From positions 625,393 through 689,392 of the forward strand of contig NMRA01000087.1 of the NCBI GenBank assembly GCA_002633005.1: a stretch of DNA of 64,000 nucleotides, given 5' to 3'. The first letter of the stretch is position 1, and each line of letters starts with the position of its first letter. This document shows, piece after piece, positions 1 through 15,100 of this stretch. The notes under the pieces are model-generated. The model ran no database searches. It was not told the DNA's origin and saw only the letters and a list, made by a program, of their open reading frames with translations. Position numbers and translations under genes: made by a program. The stretch comes from Phoronis australis. Its lineage: Eukaryota > Animalia > Phoronida.

Positions 1-163
1 AGCTCTATATCCTATAAGGAGGTGTTGTTCACAGGATGCATAGTAGTGCCTCGTCTTGGTTCTTTAATATAACCCCTCGGCTCACTGAAATTGTATGCTT
101 TCCACTCTTGTTCAATTGCTTTAATATGTGTTTGTGATGTCATTGTACTTTATTCCATGACAG

Positions 164-3100
164 AGCTCTACGGTGACAGCGTACAAGCTAAAAGATGAGA
201 TTGACGAAGCCGCCAATAGGCTGATGTTCCTCTTGGACTATGCCCACTTCCCACGTGAGTTAACCAATCACCAATGAGCAATACACACTGAGTGTTATGG
301 AGATTCCATGCTCACAGTTTTGTGTCTTCCGTTTGTAGCTTGAACTAAGAGGTTTAACTTTTGAATTGTGTTGGCTGCAGTCAAGGTGATATATTTTGAC
401 AGTTGAGGTGTTTTTTCAAAGCTGTGTTATTAATAGATCAAAGTGTAATTGACACTCTACATTTCCAGAGCAGCAGTGCTAAAATTAGATTTTCAATTGT
501 AAAAGTGTACGCCACATATTTATAAGACCAGTACATCTAAGACATATGCATTTATTATGAGCTGTGCTTGATGTATGCTGTTTTTCAAGTAACTAATTGA
601 TAGCACCACCTTTTGTTTGGTTTGATCAGATGAAGACCTTAAGATCAACAGTACAGTGTTCCACTGGCCAGAGTACATTCAAACAGTGTTTGATATGTCG
701 ACAAGTCGGATACAGTCGAAGAGGGAACAGGCTGAGGAGGAGCTTAAGAAGAAAGTGCAGGCATTTGAGACTCTGCTCAATGACTACAATAAGGAGGTGG
801 AGTCATTCCGCAAGAAGGAGGTAACTATGTAGTTGATTGGCAGTTTTGATTGTCAGTTTGCATGTGTTAAAACAGTTTGCCATTATGGTGGTTTAGAGGT
901 CACTACACTGTATTTTTGCCAATGAGTGTGTCTTCATGAAAGTTATCTTTACTTTATGACAGTCATGGTGATCAAAAGATGTAAATATTGCTCTGGATTG
1001 ATTGCACTGTCATAACTTACTTGCACAAATATGCAACTGTATTATAACTACTGGGTATAGCAGTGGTGGTTAAAACTCTTTATTTAAAACATGCATTAAC
1101 TTGATGTACTTGAAGATATGTCACAAAAGCAACAATTTGGTTGTGTTGAGCAGTATTTGCCGACCTCACAAGATATAGATCTCTGAACATGATTGTTGTG
1201 GTCTTGTTTATAAATGTTCAATGTCCCTGCTTCTTTGCTGTGTAGTTTGCTTCAGTTCTTATTAACCAGCTTTGTTATAACTGTTGTGTCCCAGCTCAAT
1301 GTCTTCTTGTTCTGTCAATAACCTGCCTATAACACCCTTTGTGCTTACCGTCCATCTTAAGGGAGCTGAATGTACTGTACTGTCCAAAGAGATGGAAACA
1401 TTTCGCAAGAAGGAAATTGTAAGTTGTGTATTTTTACCCTAAAATGTTTCTCTTATTGCTCTAATTGCATTTACTCGTCATTCTGTTTCTTTATGCTCTA
1501 ATAGTTCATGATTAACACATTTTTCATCTTGTAGGCTTATCATACTATCCTAAAAATCATATGTACTATTCTAGAACTTCAGTAGCTGCACTCCTTCATG
1601 TCTTCGTGTTGTAACCACTGCTCTCCTGTATTCCCGCTGCTATTTCACTGTGAATGTCCTTTCTAATGCAGAATCTAAAATTATGCCTTTTGTAGTATTG
1701 TTCACAAACATTGATTTAAATTTATAAAACTTGCTTATAATGTCACCTTTTACACAATTTTACAAATACTTTAAACAAACTTGACACCCCGTGTTGTACA
1801 GATCATGAGCCAAGATGAGATGAAAACCAACGTGGATCAGCTGAAAACACTACATGAGAACCTGGAGCAGGCGCGCGACCGGCTGGAAGAGATTAATAAA
1901 GAGGAAGTGTTGCTAGAATGGGAGGCCAGTCAGTTCCCCTTGTTACAGCAAATGTTCATAACCAAGGATCCATACGACAAGCTGTGGAATACGGCACTGA
2001 CGTTCCACAACAAGAACGAGATGTGGATGAACGGTGAGTTGAGGATACAGTCCTGTGAAGCAATGAATGAATTGAAGGTTTGCTTGAGTGCATGGATAAA
2101 TGTAGAGCAATAAACCCAAGTTATTGTTGTAGTCAGGGATTGTTTGGGAGCTTGAGCAAAAGGGGTTACAGTACAGTCAAGTCTTAGATGGATCACGGAG
2201 GCATTTAGGTGCTCAGCCAGAAATGGGTATAATCTAATAAGCCACTGGTGGTTTCAGAGTGCATTGTTGAGCAGAAGTGGGTGCTAGCCAGCCAAACCAT
2301 TGAAAGCTAAGGTGATAGCAATTGATACGATTGTATTTTTTAAGGTATTATACAAAACAAGCTCTGTGGTTGACTGGAATACTGATTAAGTTCAATAGTT
2401 TTTAATTATATATCTTGTCTTCTAATTAAAAGCAGTCTGTCGGGAAAATGTTCAAATCTGACAGTTGATTATAGCTGTACTATTTCACGTCTTTCTTCCA
2501 TTCGTAGGTCCATTCCAGAATCTAAATGCTGAGGACATTGATAACGAAGTAAGTGACATGTGGAGAATTATGCACAAACTGAACAAGACCTTCTCCGACC
2601 AACAAGGTCCCAGACGTATAGCCGACAGTGTCAAGAACAAGATTGACAAGTTCAAGGGACACCTTCCTGTGCTACATACCATTTGCAACCCTGGTATAAG
2701 GGACAGACATTGGGATCAGGTAACTGGTTTGAATTAGGTACGAACATTGTATTCCAGTCTTGCAGTTTAGCTGCACCATGCCTGGAGTTACATACTTTCA
2801 AGGTTTCTGTCATGTGGCAACAGATGGTGTGATGATCAGGTTGATAAATATTTAAGAATTTTTAATATTTGACTAATGTGTTGAAGTGCACCATTACCAT
2901 TTTAGTTTGGTAACAGCCCTTTGTTTACGTAAACTTCGTTGAAAACATGACTCAAGTTTTTGTTTGGAAGCTTGATATTGATTTGATCGTAGTGTTGGAA
3001 CAATCTCATTTCTTCAGGTGTGCAGCGATGTAATAAAACACTGGCTTTTACTACATAGCTGCACACCTGAAGAAAGGAGATTATTCCGACACTATGAGCA

Positions 3101-6100
3101 AATCAGTAACAAGCTTTCAAACAAAAAGTTTAGTCATGTTTCAACAAAATTACTATTTTAAAGATATTTCGCTTTACTATTTAGTGCAAACACAATTGAG
3201 AGTATTGCACAAGTATGGATGCAAACCGTGGTAAGATTCTGTCTGTCTGACTTATTTCTTAAACAAAGACAACATTTTATAGAGTCTTGCTTTTTTCAGC
3301 CTCTTGACTCCAATATGCTCATAAAATTCCACTTTGTCTTTTTGAATCAATGCACTTCAACTTTGCTCATTTTCTCCACATTTAGATGAGTGACGTAGTC
3401 GGCTTTGATATCAAGCCACAAGAGGACACCACCCTGTACCAAATGTTGGAGTTTGGCTTGTCCAAGGAGTTGGTTAAGCTAGAAGAGATCAGTGGCTCAG
3501 CTAGTAAGGAGTACTCGCTGGAGAAGGCCTTGGAGAAGATGAAGTTTGAGTGGAAAGACATGTACTTTGAGTTTGTGCCGTACAGAGATTCGGTAGGTTG
3601 GAGGTGCACTAGGGTTGGTGGTGGTGTTCTTGTTAGAGGTGCCCCGGGAAGAGGTTAATCATGTTGAATGTACCCTTGGTAGGCGACTGTCTTGTTGGAG
3701 GTGCCCTGATGAGAGGTATTCCTGTTGGAAGCTCCGTGGGATGGGGGTATTTGTTCTCTTGATAGATGGAGACATGTTGTGAAGTGAGACAACATCTTTA
3801 ATAAACACATTGCTTAATGGTAAAAGATTACATTTGCCTGAAAACATTAGGTAAATTTTTACCCAACAGGCAAATGTTATTATTGTTTATCTTTAAAAAT
3901 CTTCTTAGTGAAAAAGAAAAAATATTGTAAAACCACAATAATATCAGGTAACCTAACCCAACATGTTTGTGATGTCAATCCTTATGATGGGACTTGTCAC
4001 CTACAAGTTCAGTTATTCAATCTGAGAGAACAAGAGTTAGAAGTAAAGATAAATTGATTCAGTATTTGTTTTCATATTGCAGGGCGTGTCCATTCTGTCA
4101 GCTATTGATGACATCCAAGTGCTGCTGGACGACCACATCATCAAAGCTCAGACCATGAGGGGTTCACCCTTTATCAAGCCGTTTGAGACAGAGATGAAGG
4201 AATGGGAGGAGAAACTGGTGCTCATGCAAGATATCCTTGATGCCTGGCTAAAGGTGAGTGATGGGGCAGATGGAAATGGATAAGATAAAAGTAAATTAAT
4301 TGTTGTACGTTTGATATACTTGGATAAATTAAATCAGTTTTTGGCCACAGTAAGATTAAAAACCGGACGATCGCCTCACAAATAAAAAAGTTCATGTTTA
4401 ATCAACGTTTTGTCTATTCATTAGACATCATCAGGATCATATTTACAACAATTTAGGACAGCAAGTGCCAACATACAGCTCAGGTAACTTCAATAAAATG
4501 AAGTGAGAGATACAGGAAGTAAAGTCAAGTTGCTAGTCATTACCATACTTGCAGGGTCACTGAGCTCTGCATGTTATTCAGAGAATCAGTGGCATGCTGG
4601 TTCTGAATGGCGAATGCTTCTTTTATATTTGTGCAGCGATCGTCCGGTTTTTAACTTGGATAAATGTTGTTAAGAACAGGCATTGGATGCTTAATAATAG
4701 TCAGCTGTAACCTGCCGCATTTTGACAACCAGTTTTCTCCTCTGAACTGGTTCTGAAAAAAGGCGCGATATATCTGACTATTGCTGTTGGATGCAGGGTT
4801 TATTGTTGATGCAGAGTACAGTGAGCAGCTGAGACTAACTCTTGGGCTTACTAAAGTACTCTTTCAGTTATATGATTGAGAAATGGTTGATATTTAGGTG
4901 GCTGTGGTTGTCAACCTCATTCAACTGATCTTTGGTTGGTAAAATAATTCCAGTTGAATATTGTGTATGACAGAAATTACATCATAGCATTTGAATATCT
5001 TGCCTGTGTATGATATGAATATTAAATGCAATGCTTAGTGCTAGTTTTAAATCCAAGCTACTGATTACATTTTTGTTTTTATGCACTCAACATCCTTTTC
5101 CAGTGCCAAGCCACGTGGCTGTACTTAGAACCTATATTCAGCTCTGAAGATATTATGGCACAGATGCCTGAGGAAGGCCGTAAATTCGGAATTGTCGACA
5201 GCTACTGGAAGGATATCATGACAGAAGCTGTGAAGGATAATCACTGCTTGACCGCCACTGCCCAGGCCAACATGTTGGGCCGGTTGCAAGAGTCCAACAT
5301 CCTGCTGGAAGAGATCCAGAAAGGACTCAACAACTACCTGGAGAAGAAGAGACTGTATTTCCCACGATTCTTCTTCCTGTCCAATGACGAGTTGCTGGAG
5401 ATCCTATCAGAGACGAAGGACCCCATGAGGGTGCAACCTCACCTGAAGAAGTGCTTTGAAGGTATTGCTCGGCTCGAGTTCACCGAGCAACAGGAGATTG
5501 TTGGTATGATATCGGCTGAGAACGAGACGGTGCCGTTTGTCGGCAAGATCATACCAGCTAAGGCAAAGGTGGGTGGTTTCAATTGTGGCTGAGAAATTAA
5601 AGTGTTTTAATTGTCATTTTTTAAATTTTATTTAATAAGTTATTTTGCAAAGGTCAATGTTGTGAATTTATCAAATTGCATGTCATGGTCTCTTTGCTGT
5701 ATGAAAAGTACAAAATACTCAGCACTCCACTTTTCCATTACTCGAACCTTTGATGTTGCTTACTTCAGTCACTGATAGTTTTCAACAAGACACCATTGAT
5801 GTGTAGCTTATAACAAGGAATTTTTAGATTGCACTAAAGTGAGTGGTATTTTCACAACAGTTCTACAGAAATTGTTTTTATAATTAGTGGTTTCATTTTT
5901 TTTCAATTGATAGTAATTTTGCTAAAATTATTATTCATTTTAGGGCATGGTTGAGAAATGGTTGCTTCAAGTAGAAGATCAAATGATTGCCAGTGTTCGT
6001 AATGTCATCAAAGAAGCCGTTGGTGCCTATGAGACCACGCCCCGTGGACGCTGGGTCTTGGAATGGCCAGGACAAGTGGTCATCAATGCTAGCTCCACCT

Positions 6101-9100
6101 TTTGGACGTCTGAAGTATCGGCAGCCATGAAGGTTCCTGGAGGCATGGACGTAAGCTCTTATGTTGAAGTTGTTCTAGGCTTCTGTGCAACTTTGATGCT
6201 TAAATGTTTGTGGTTTTCTTTGAAAATGATGTGGACTCTATCTGAGAATTTCTAAAATTTTGGAAGTGAGAATATATATTTTGGTCATTTTTGTTAAAAC
6301 TTGAAGATTTTTTGCTCAGGTCTTGAGTACAATTCATAAAACTTTATTCTCCAATGATGATGTTTTTCTTTCGTTCTAGAAATATCTTGACAAGAGTAAC
6401 AAGCAGATCAGTGAGATTGTTGACCTGGTGAGAGGCAAGTTAGAGCCAGGCCACCGCATCACACTAGGGGCCTTGACAGTCATTGATGTACATGGTAAGG
6501 AGTGGATTTAGTTTAGTAATGATTTGACATGAGATTAAATGATAATTGTATGAAGGCATGAAGCGTTATTTGAACTTTTTTATTTTATTACCAGTTACAA
6601 CACATATACGTAAGCAAACACAAATGAAGGATTGTATGTGATTGACTAATATGACACAAACACACACACAGACACTCACATGTATTTCAAGGTTTGACAT
6701 CTAATTTAAAAGCCAAAATAGGACATCTACCAATTTTTTTATTTACAGTTTCTGCAATATAGACATTTTTCTATTTGGACTATTATTGTTAAAGTCTTCT
6801 TTCTAAAAGTTTAATTGAAGGAGTAACATTTTTAATATTTGAGATTAAATGTAATATTTCCTCAAATAAATACATTAATTACAGTCACATTGCAGGTCAA
6901 ATATTACACGCTTCTCTAGTATGCACAATTTTTGAAGTTCCTCATGATTGTAGCTATGCTCAAGTTTGTGACTAAATGTAATTCCTATTTTAAGTAGATT
7001 TTTTAGTGTTGTGAGAGATCGAAAGTGATTTGGTTGACTTCCCACTCAAGTTTGGTTGGACAAATGGGTGTACGTGATGTGTAGAGGAAAGTTAATGCAT
7101 TCAATCATTTCCAGAATATATACCTCAATGTTTGTTTTTTGAGCTACTCACTTGAATATTTCACTCCACCAGCAATGCTTATTTGACCTAAATTAATTTT
7201 TCAAAGATGCCATAAAGTGCCTCTCATGTCGCACGTGAATTGTAGGTGGTGCTGAACATTTGTCCAACAAAACTTGTATCACCATGTGGCAACCCGACAT
7301 ACTTCAGTGAGATGCTATTCAACACACCTCTTTATTGTTACAGCCCGAGATGTAGTCAGTGAACTGGCTCGAGAGAAGATCAATAATCCTAATGACTTCC
7401 AGTGGCTAGCCCAACTGAGGTATTACTGGCGAGACGGCGAGTCTAAGGTGCAGATGATCACTACAGAGCTCACCTATGGCTATGAGTATCTGGGCAACTC
7501 TGGCAGGCTTGTTATCACCCCACTCACTGACAGGTGTTACAGGTATGTGAAATGAAACAACACCAATTAAGGTTTTAATACGAAACATTCTAGTTATGCT
7601 TTAGCACTGTGAAAGCATAAATTCTGGTATGCCAGACAGGCCGAATTGAGCAGCGACGCAGTTTCTTGTATTCACAAACATGTTGAGACATTGGACATTT
7701 TTGTGTGAATCGTTTAAATGTCCAACAGCACAGAAGTGTCACTTTGGCTGTATTGTGGTCGCAAGTGATTTACTATAAAAAGCACTGGAAAAGATTTCAT
7801 TGTATTAAATCCTTTCAAGATTGCATAACGCTATGCTCCAAATACCTCATCGCCATCTTTTGACAAGACATATTTCATCACCTTGCTGCTATATTGGAAC
7901 ATGGGTATTGTGTAATGTTGCATATTGCTGAGAGAGCTATCACTTACTAATAGTCTTCAAATATTCAATAATAATGAATTTTCTATGATCTTTCTAGTAG
8001 ATAGTCATGCAATTATAATGAACTTCTTCATTTGTCTAATACCATAAGCATACACTGAACCTTGCTAGTGTCCTATATAATTACAGAACTTTGATGGGTG
8101 CACTCAAGTTGAACCTCGGTGGTGCGCCCGAGGGCCCCGCCGGCACAGGCAAGACAGAGACCAGTAAAGATTTAGCCAAGGCAGTGGCCAAGCAGTGTGT
8201 CGTTTTCAACTGCTCCGATGGTCTGGATTACAAGGCCATGGGCAAATTCTTCAAGGGTCTAGCACAGGCGGGTGCTTGGGCATGCTTTGACGAGTTCAAT
8301 CGTATTGAGCTGGAAGTGTTGTCCGTGGTCGCGCAGCAGATTCAATGTATCCAGCAGGCGATTGCTGGACAGATGAAGAAGTTCATTTTTGAGGGAACAG
8401 AGTTGACGCTTGATCCGACCTGTACTATGTTTATCACAATGAACCCAGGTTATGCTGGCAGGCAGGAGCTGCCGGACAACTTGAAGGTGCGTTTTAGGTT
8501 ACACAATATGTCTGCTTTAGGTTACTCTATACGTCTGCTTTTCTGTTATACCATCCGTAGTTGTGAATCATGCAATATGGTTGTTTACCATTGCAAAGCT
8601 GATGGCAAAATTCGTAATCGGCAATTTAGCCATTTTTTCAATGTCTTAAATCCCTGAGGTAAGCACTGTCCTCTATATTGGAAAGGTAGACCTGAGTGAT
8701 GATTGATGATTTAAATATTAGCTCATTTTTATAATTTGTGAATTTGTGTATTTGATTATTTTTGACGAAATGTGTGTAATGAATTGTGTATTGAAACGAC
8801 TAATTATATTTATGAATAGAATTTGTTTCTCAGTACTTGTGGTACATGTCATGAATTACTGCAGCAGTTTGTTTTTCAAAAATATTGTGTAGTGAACATT
8901 GTATCTATTGTTTGCAGGTTCTGTTCCGTACAGTAGCCATGATGGTTCCTGACTATGCCCTGATTGGTGAAATCTCTCTCTACTCCATGGGATTTGTGGA
9001 TGCTAGAAAGTGAGTGTGATAACATTGTGACTCAACTATTATTGGTAGCTATAAACAAACGTAAAATGTCTCATTAATGTGCTGATGAATAGTAATGAAT

Positions 9101-12100
9101 AAGTTGGTCCACAGGATTGGTACATGTTCATCCGTAATTGAAAACCAAATAAGATTGAGAAAGTAAAAGTTGAGTCATTAATACAATAAAGGGTAGTCCA
9201 GTTTAGTCATTAATACAATAAGGTGTAGTCCAGTTTAGTCATTAATACAATAAGGTGTAGTCCAGTTTAGTCATTAATACAATAAGGTGTAGTCCAGTTT
9301 AGTCATTAATACAATAAGGGGTAGTCCAGTTTAGTCATTAATACAATAAGGGGTAGTCCAGTTTAGTCATTAATACAATAAGGTGTAGTCCAGTTTTCAA
9401 CATGGGGCCACGGAGATCAAGACAACAGATGAGTATACTTTACTTGAGTCCCTGAACCAAATTTTGTCCACTAACATAGTTTAAACTTAAGGTTTGCTCA
9501 AAGCATATACCACGAAATTGATCAATTTTTGAGTCAAGTCTTGGTAACGAATTTTTAGAATGGCTAGTAACTCACACACACACTCACACACACACTGCTT
9601 ACCTCCAAAACTAAGATTATGTGAACCTGGATCCAGATTCTCTACAATGATAAAGTTGTTTCTTGTATCATTAATATAACTTAATAATGTAATCCCAAAT
9701 GTCGAACGTGCATTTGTTCTTCAGTTCTCATTTCCTTAAGTGGCAGATTCTTCCTCTGTCCCTAGAGACTACTAAACTCCAGTTGGCTTCTGCCATGCCT
9801 TTTGTGTCAGTCAACACTGTTGGCACGTAACAGCGCCTTCTTATTGACCCAAAATATAATTCTTGAATGTTTTCCACGTTGTCTTGCACCTATATATTGT
9901 GGTCTATTAATATGCCGCACCCCTGTTATAAAAATGTTACAGAATGGAGTTAAATATTCCTGCCTAAACATTGAGAAGTCAACAGTTTTAGATAAACGTA
10001 ATGTATCGGCTTTTCTCTCTCTAGCCTTGCTGGTAAGATTGTGGCCACCTACACACTGTGTTCTGAACAACTGTCATCTCAACATCACTATGACTACGGT
10101 ATGAGAGCGGTCAAGTCTGTACTGACCGCTGCGGGTAACCTCAAGCTCAAGTACCCTGACCAGGACGAGGCCATACTACTGCTGAAAGCTATTAACGACG
10201 TTAACCTGCCCAAGTTTTTGGCTCAGGTGAGCAGTGTTCCAAGTCGGCTTTGTTTTAATCTTTATTAAGCATTTTTATATACCTATTTCCTGGGATCTAA
10301 ACTGGTTACAGAATTGAATATTATCCATTTTTCACACGAACTTTGTAAATTCTAAATAAGCCTTTCAGTGTGTCAGATGAAATAGGAAGATAGAAGGTAT
10401 AATGTCATTGGCTACATTAAAATCATTAAGTTTTGTTAGAGAATGCACCCTGAACCATAACATAATTATTTTAATGATAATTGCGTTCTTATAGGTAATT
10501 GAATTTAGGATCTAGTTAGGTGTTATTCAGAATTTAAATTTTTGTCAACTCAGTTAAAGTTTTCAGGAAATGATGGTTTTATTCAAGATTTTTTTGAATG
10601 TTTTGACTTTGTTGAATGAGCAAAAAATAGATTTATCATTTCACAACATTACAGCATTGTGTTATGCTGGTCTGTACTTGCTTGTAGGACGTGCCACTGT
10701 TTGGAGGTATTATCTCTGACTTGTTCCCTGGCAAAGAACTGCCTAAGCCTGACCTGGCCGTGTTCCTAGATGCTGTGCGCTCTAACATCACCAAGAAACA
10801 ATTACAGCCAGTGCCGTGGTTTATCGACAAGATCATACAGGTTTGTGTTCTCACCTTGTAGTTTGCGAATAACATCGTATGGCTGCAACTGTCATTAGTC
10901 TTAATGTATGGAGTTCTAAGGAGTGACTGGTGTATTCTGTCTTAAGTTTGCACTTGTTTCAAATAGTTAAACTCGCGTAAGTCGGTCATGCATAATCCGT
11001 ACATGCATAAGTGAGACACGCATATGTCAGATTTTTGTTTATAACTTGGACAAAGCTGCAATTGATAATACTGCTCTAGTTCATACTCTAAGTCAGCTGG
11101 ATCCAACTTAAGCAAATTTTTCTGTGATTCCATTGTAGTTAATTGTTGAGTGTTCTGATCGCAGTACTTTGAAAAGTAGTATCAGCTGCTGTTAAAAGTA
11201 ATGGCGAGTTGCCAAGAGTCTAATTTACTCTTCTTGGTAGCGGTCCCTACAAGGATTATTGGTAGTTAATTGTGGGATTAGCATTGCTTAAAGTAACACG
11301 TGTTTCCTTGGTGACAGGTGTATGAGATGATGTTGGTGCGACATGGCTTTATGGTGGTGGGTGATCCGATGGGTGGCAAGACATGCTCCTGGCAAGTACT
11401 GGCTGACTCCCTGGGTGACCTGGAGAGGGCAGGACTGATGGGTGAGCATAAAGTACAATACCGGATCATCAACCCCAAGTCGATCACCATGGGGCAGCTG
11501 TACGGCTGCTTTGACCCAGTCTCCCATGAGTGGAGTGATGGGGTACTGGCCAACACATTCAGGGACTACGCGTCTAACCCAAATGATGATCGCAAATGGA
11601 TTCTCTTTGATGGCCCTGTGGACGCCGTATGGATTGAGAATATGAACACTGTGCTGGATGACAACAAGAAGGTAATTCATTTGACTTTTAATACGAATTT
11701 TTTGCTGAAATTATCTTTCATTCATGTTATCCACATTCAAAAATTAAAAAAATTACATGTCCCTTTGTGTTGGGATATAATTTAAAATTGTCATTTCATT
11801 GCAAAACTGAGTGTTTGAGGTTGAATTTTACAGGCTTATTTCACTGTAAAGTAAATAAACCAATGCAAATCTGGAATACTTTAAGTAAGCTCCAAAAGTA
11901 AAGGGCATGTTTATAATTTATTGAATAGCATTATTTAACATTATTTTGTCATTGTTGTATTTCTTTATCTAAATTGAAATTTGTTATTCCACATTTTCTT
12001 ATATTTTAAAATAGGATTTTCAAAATTCCTTTTTCATAACACAACACATCAAGATCCTTGAATGTCAGAATATTTTTTGTCACGCGTTTACAGATATCTT

Positions 12101-15100
12101 TTACTCTCTTTTGTTGAAGATTCCTAATCTGATAACAAGTTGTGTCTGAATCAAATTGCTTGATTAATATTGTTCTTCAAAATACTCATCAATGCATTGA
12201 TAGAGAACATACCTAACATTTCCATTTATTTTCAGCTCTGTTTGATGAGTGGAGAGATCATCCAAATGTCTAACACAATGAACCTCATCTTTGAACCCGC
12301 CGACCTTGAGCAGGCCTCTCCAGCCACGGTCAGCCGTTGCGGCATGATCTACTTCGAGCCACACCAACTCGGCTGGCGCCCTCTCAAGGACTCATACCTC
12401 ATGTACGGCTTACCAAAGAACCTCAACGATGAACAGAAGGATTATGTGAATGACCTGATGGAATGGCTGCTGGACCCCTGCTTCTACTTTATCACACACG
12501 ATTGTAAGATGATGGTTCAAACATCAGAGCTCCATCTGGCCCACTCACTCATGGTTATGTATACGTGTCTCATGGATGAGATTAGTATGTCTGGTGAAGA
12601 CGGACATGAAACTATGAGTGGCCAACAGGTATGTGTGAGGTGGGGCACTTTGTCAGTTGGAGTTGTAGTTATGCAATTCTAGTACATAGAATGTTTTGTT
12701 GCTTGTAAAAATCAACTTGAGAATTCCTGAGTGCATGAGAGAGATGGTTGACAAACAGTTGATAGATGACATCTATCATGAATGCTAATGGTTAGCACTC
12801 AACTAATACAATATGACACATAAAATGGGTGCAACCGTGTAGATACTGTAATAAAAATTTAACGTATTTTAAATAAAAATTAATCACAGTGAAATATTTT
12901 TATTCAGACGAACTGTATCTTGTTTTTGATGATGTCTTTTTCATCTCTCGTAATGTGCGGTGTCTTGCACTAAATGTCTCTTAAACATCACATACTACAC
13001 ACATCATTCATCTGCTGGGGTTCTTAGTTTAGGAAGACAGTGCAATACTATGTTCATTATTGTGTTATGAATTCATAATAAATAATCTATGTTTCTCAAG
13101 ATTATGGAACTTGTTTCCAAAGTTTATTGTATCTAGTTTCTAATACATTTCTCCTTGTTTTCCTTTGAGGAATTCTGTTCTCACATTTTTTATTTCATTC
13201 TGAGACAAGATGTGCACTCATTAATTTCAGATCATCTTATGGCTACAAGGCCTCTTTCTGTTCTGTTTGACTTGGACCGTTGGAGGCATCCTGACAGGGG
13301 ATAGCAGAAAGAAGTTTGACGTCTTCTTTAGGAACATCATCAGCGGCCTTGATGATGACAATCCCAAGCCAAAGAGTATCAAAATCACTAAGGTATTAAT
13401 TTTATTATTTATTGTTATAAATACCTGTAAAAAGACCACTAAGGTAGATGAACTGTTGGATTCAACCAGTATTTACATGGTGGTTATAATCAGTCAGAAT
13501 TCATGGGGACATCTAAAACTGGGGGAGTTTATGGGCCCCTTTTACAATTGTTTACGTTTCAATGCAAAAAGTTGTAATTTTGGAAGAACAATTCTAATCT
13601 AAAAGACAGAATTTTATAATGCAATCAGAATCCACAGCAACTGTCAAACCCGTATAAACAAAAAATATAGTTTTACATCTTGTTATTCAGCTAACCCAAA
13701 GCTTGTACCGTCTATAACGTTTTTATTGAAACACGCAGCACACTTGAAGAAAAAATGACACAGCATTGTTCAGTTCAATTGATTACCTTGTTCCTCTGTA
13801 GAGTAACTCATTCCCTGAGCGTAACACCATCTACGACTACTCATTTGAGAAGAAGGCCAGTGGTCAGTGGATGGACTGGATGGACACTATTGACAAGGCC
13901 CTCAATGCCATACCCAAAGATGCCAAGGTACATTGTTTGACAATCTGATCTGATAAATTATTGCAACTGTAGGTTACATACCATTGCATTTACTAGCAAA
14001 TGCAAGATGGTCAGCCAATACACAGTTAAGAGCTGGATCTTATAGCATTTTATAAAGTCTGATTATTGTTAAATGTGGCCTTAATCCATATCTTGAAAAC
14101 TTGCAATAACCTCGTTACCTTTCACAGCCCAGTGAGTTGATCATCCAGACATCGGATACGGCAAGACAGAGGTTCTTCCTTGATCTGTTCCTCACCCATG
14201 AGAAGCCTCTCCTGTTGGTGGGTCCCACTGGTACGGGCAAGTCAGCCATTACCAACAGTTACCTGGTGCACCTTCCCAAGGAGAAGTAAGTCTGAAATAG
14301 AGTCCTGTAGGGGTTAGTTGTTATTTGCAAAATGTCATTGGTTGCCAGGCATTCATTGAAATCAGTGCTGCTGACTTTATCAGTTAAATACTCTTAAAAT
14401 ACTTTAGCTCAGCTTGTAAAACATTGGACTGTGACCACTGAGATTGTGAGTTTGAATTCGTTGTTGGGCACATTAAGTCATGAATATTTCCAATATTATC
14501 ATTTTCAGAGAATGATCATAATTTTTGCCTTGTAGTGGGTGAATTTTCTCCTGACCAGTTACACATTCTTCTTGAGAATCAGTCCCACTGTTAATCTTAA
14601 CCTCAAAACCTATCTTCAGGTACATACCTAATTGTATCAACTTCTCGGCGCGCACCTCCGCCAACCAGACCCAGGACATCGTCATGTCTAAGCTGGATCG
14701 TCGTCGCAAGGGCGTGTTTGGACCACCCATGGGCAAGCATTGTGTGGTCTTTGTTGATGACCTTAACATGCCAGCCAAGGAGAAGTACGGCGCTCAACCA
14801 CCCATTGAGCTGTTACGCCAGTGGATCGACCACGGACACTGGTATGACAAAAAAGACACATCGAAACTGTTCCTCAGTGATGTGGTAGGTATTGTAGGCT
14901 ATTAAATGTTATACTTTCGTAAGAGTTACCAAAACTTAATTAGATTTATTTCCTAGCCAATGAAAAGCCAGTATATTTGGTATTTTTAATTTAGAGAAGT
15001 GTTTTAGTTATAAATGGGACCTAAGGATTTTAGCCTATTGTAGCCAGTACTTTTGAGTAATCCTTATTATTGTTAAATCCCATTAGTACATTATCAACTA

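Noticed and set aside
3596-3760. Degenerate ~30-bp repeats (gttggaggtgc) containing ctgatga
   Set aside because: A decayed minisatellite; no stem II-GAAA arrangement for a ribozyme.
9173-9396. CRISPR array (32-bp repeats)
   Set aside because: Units are contiguous with no unique spacers, there are no cas genes, and it lies in a eukaryotic intron.
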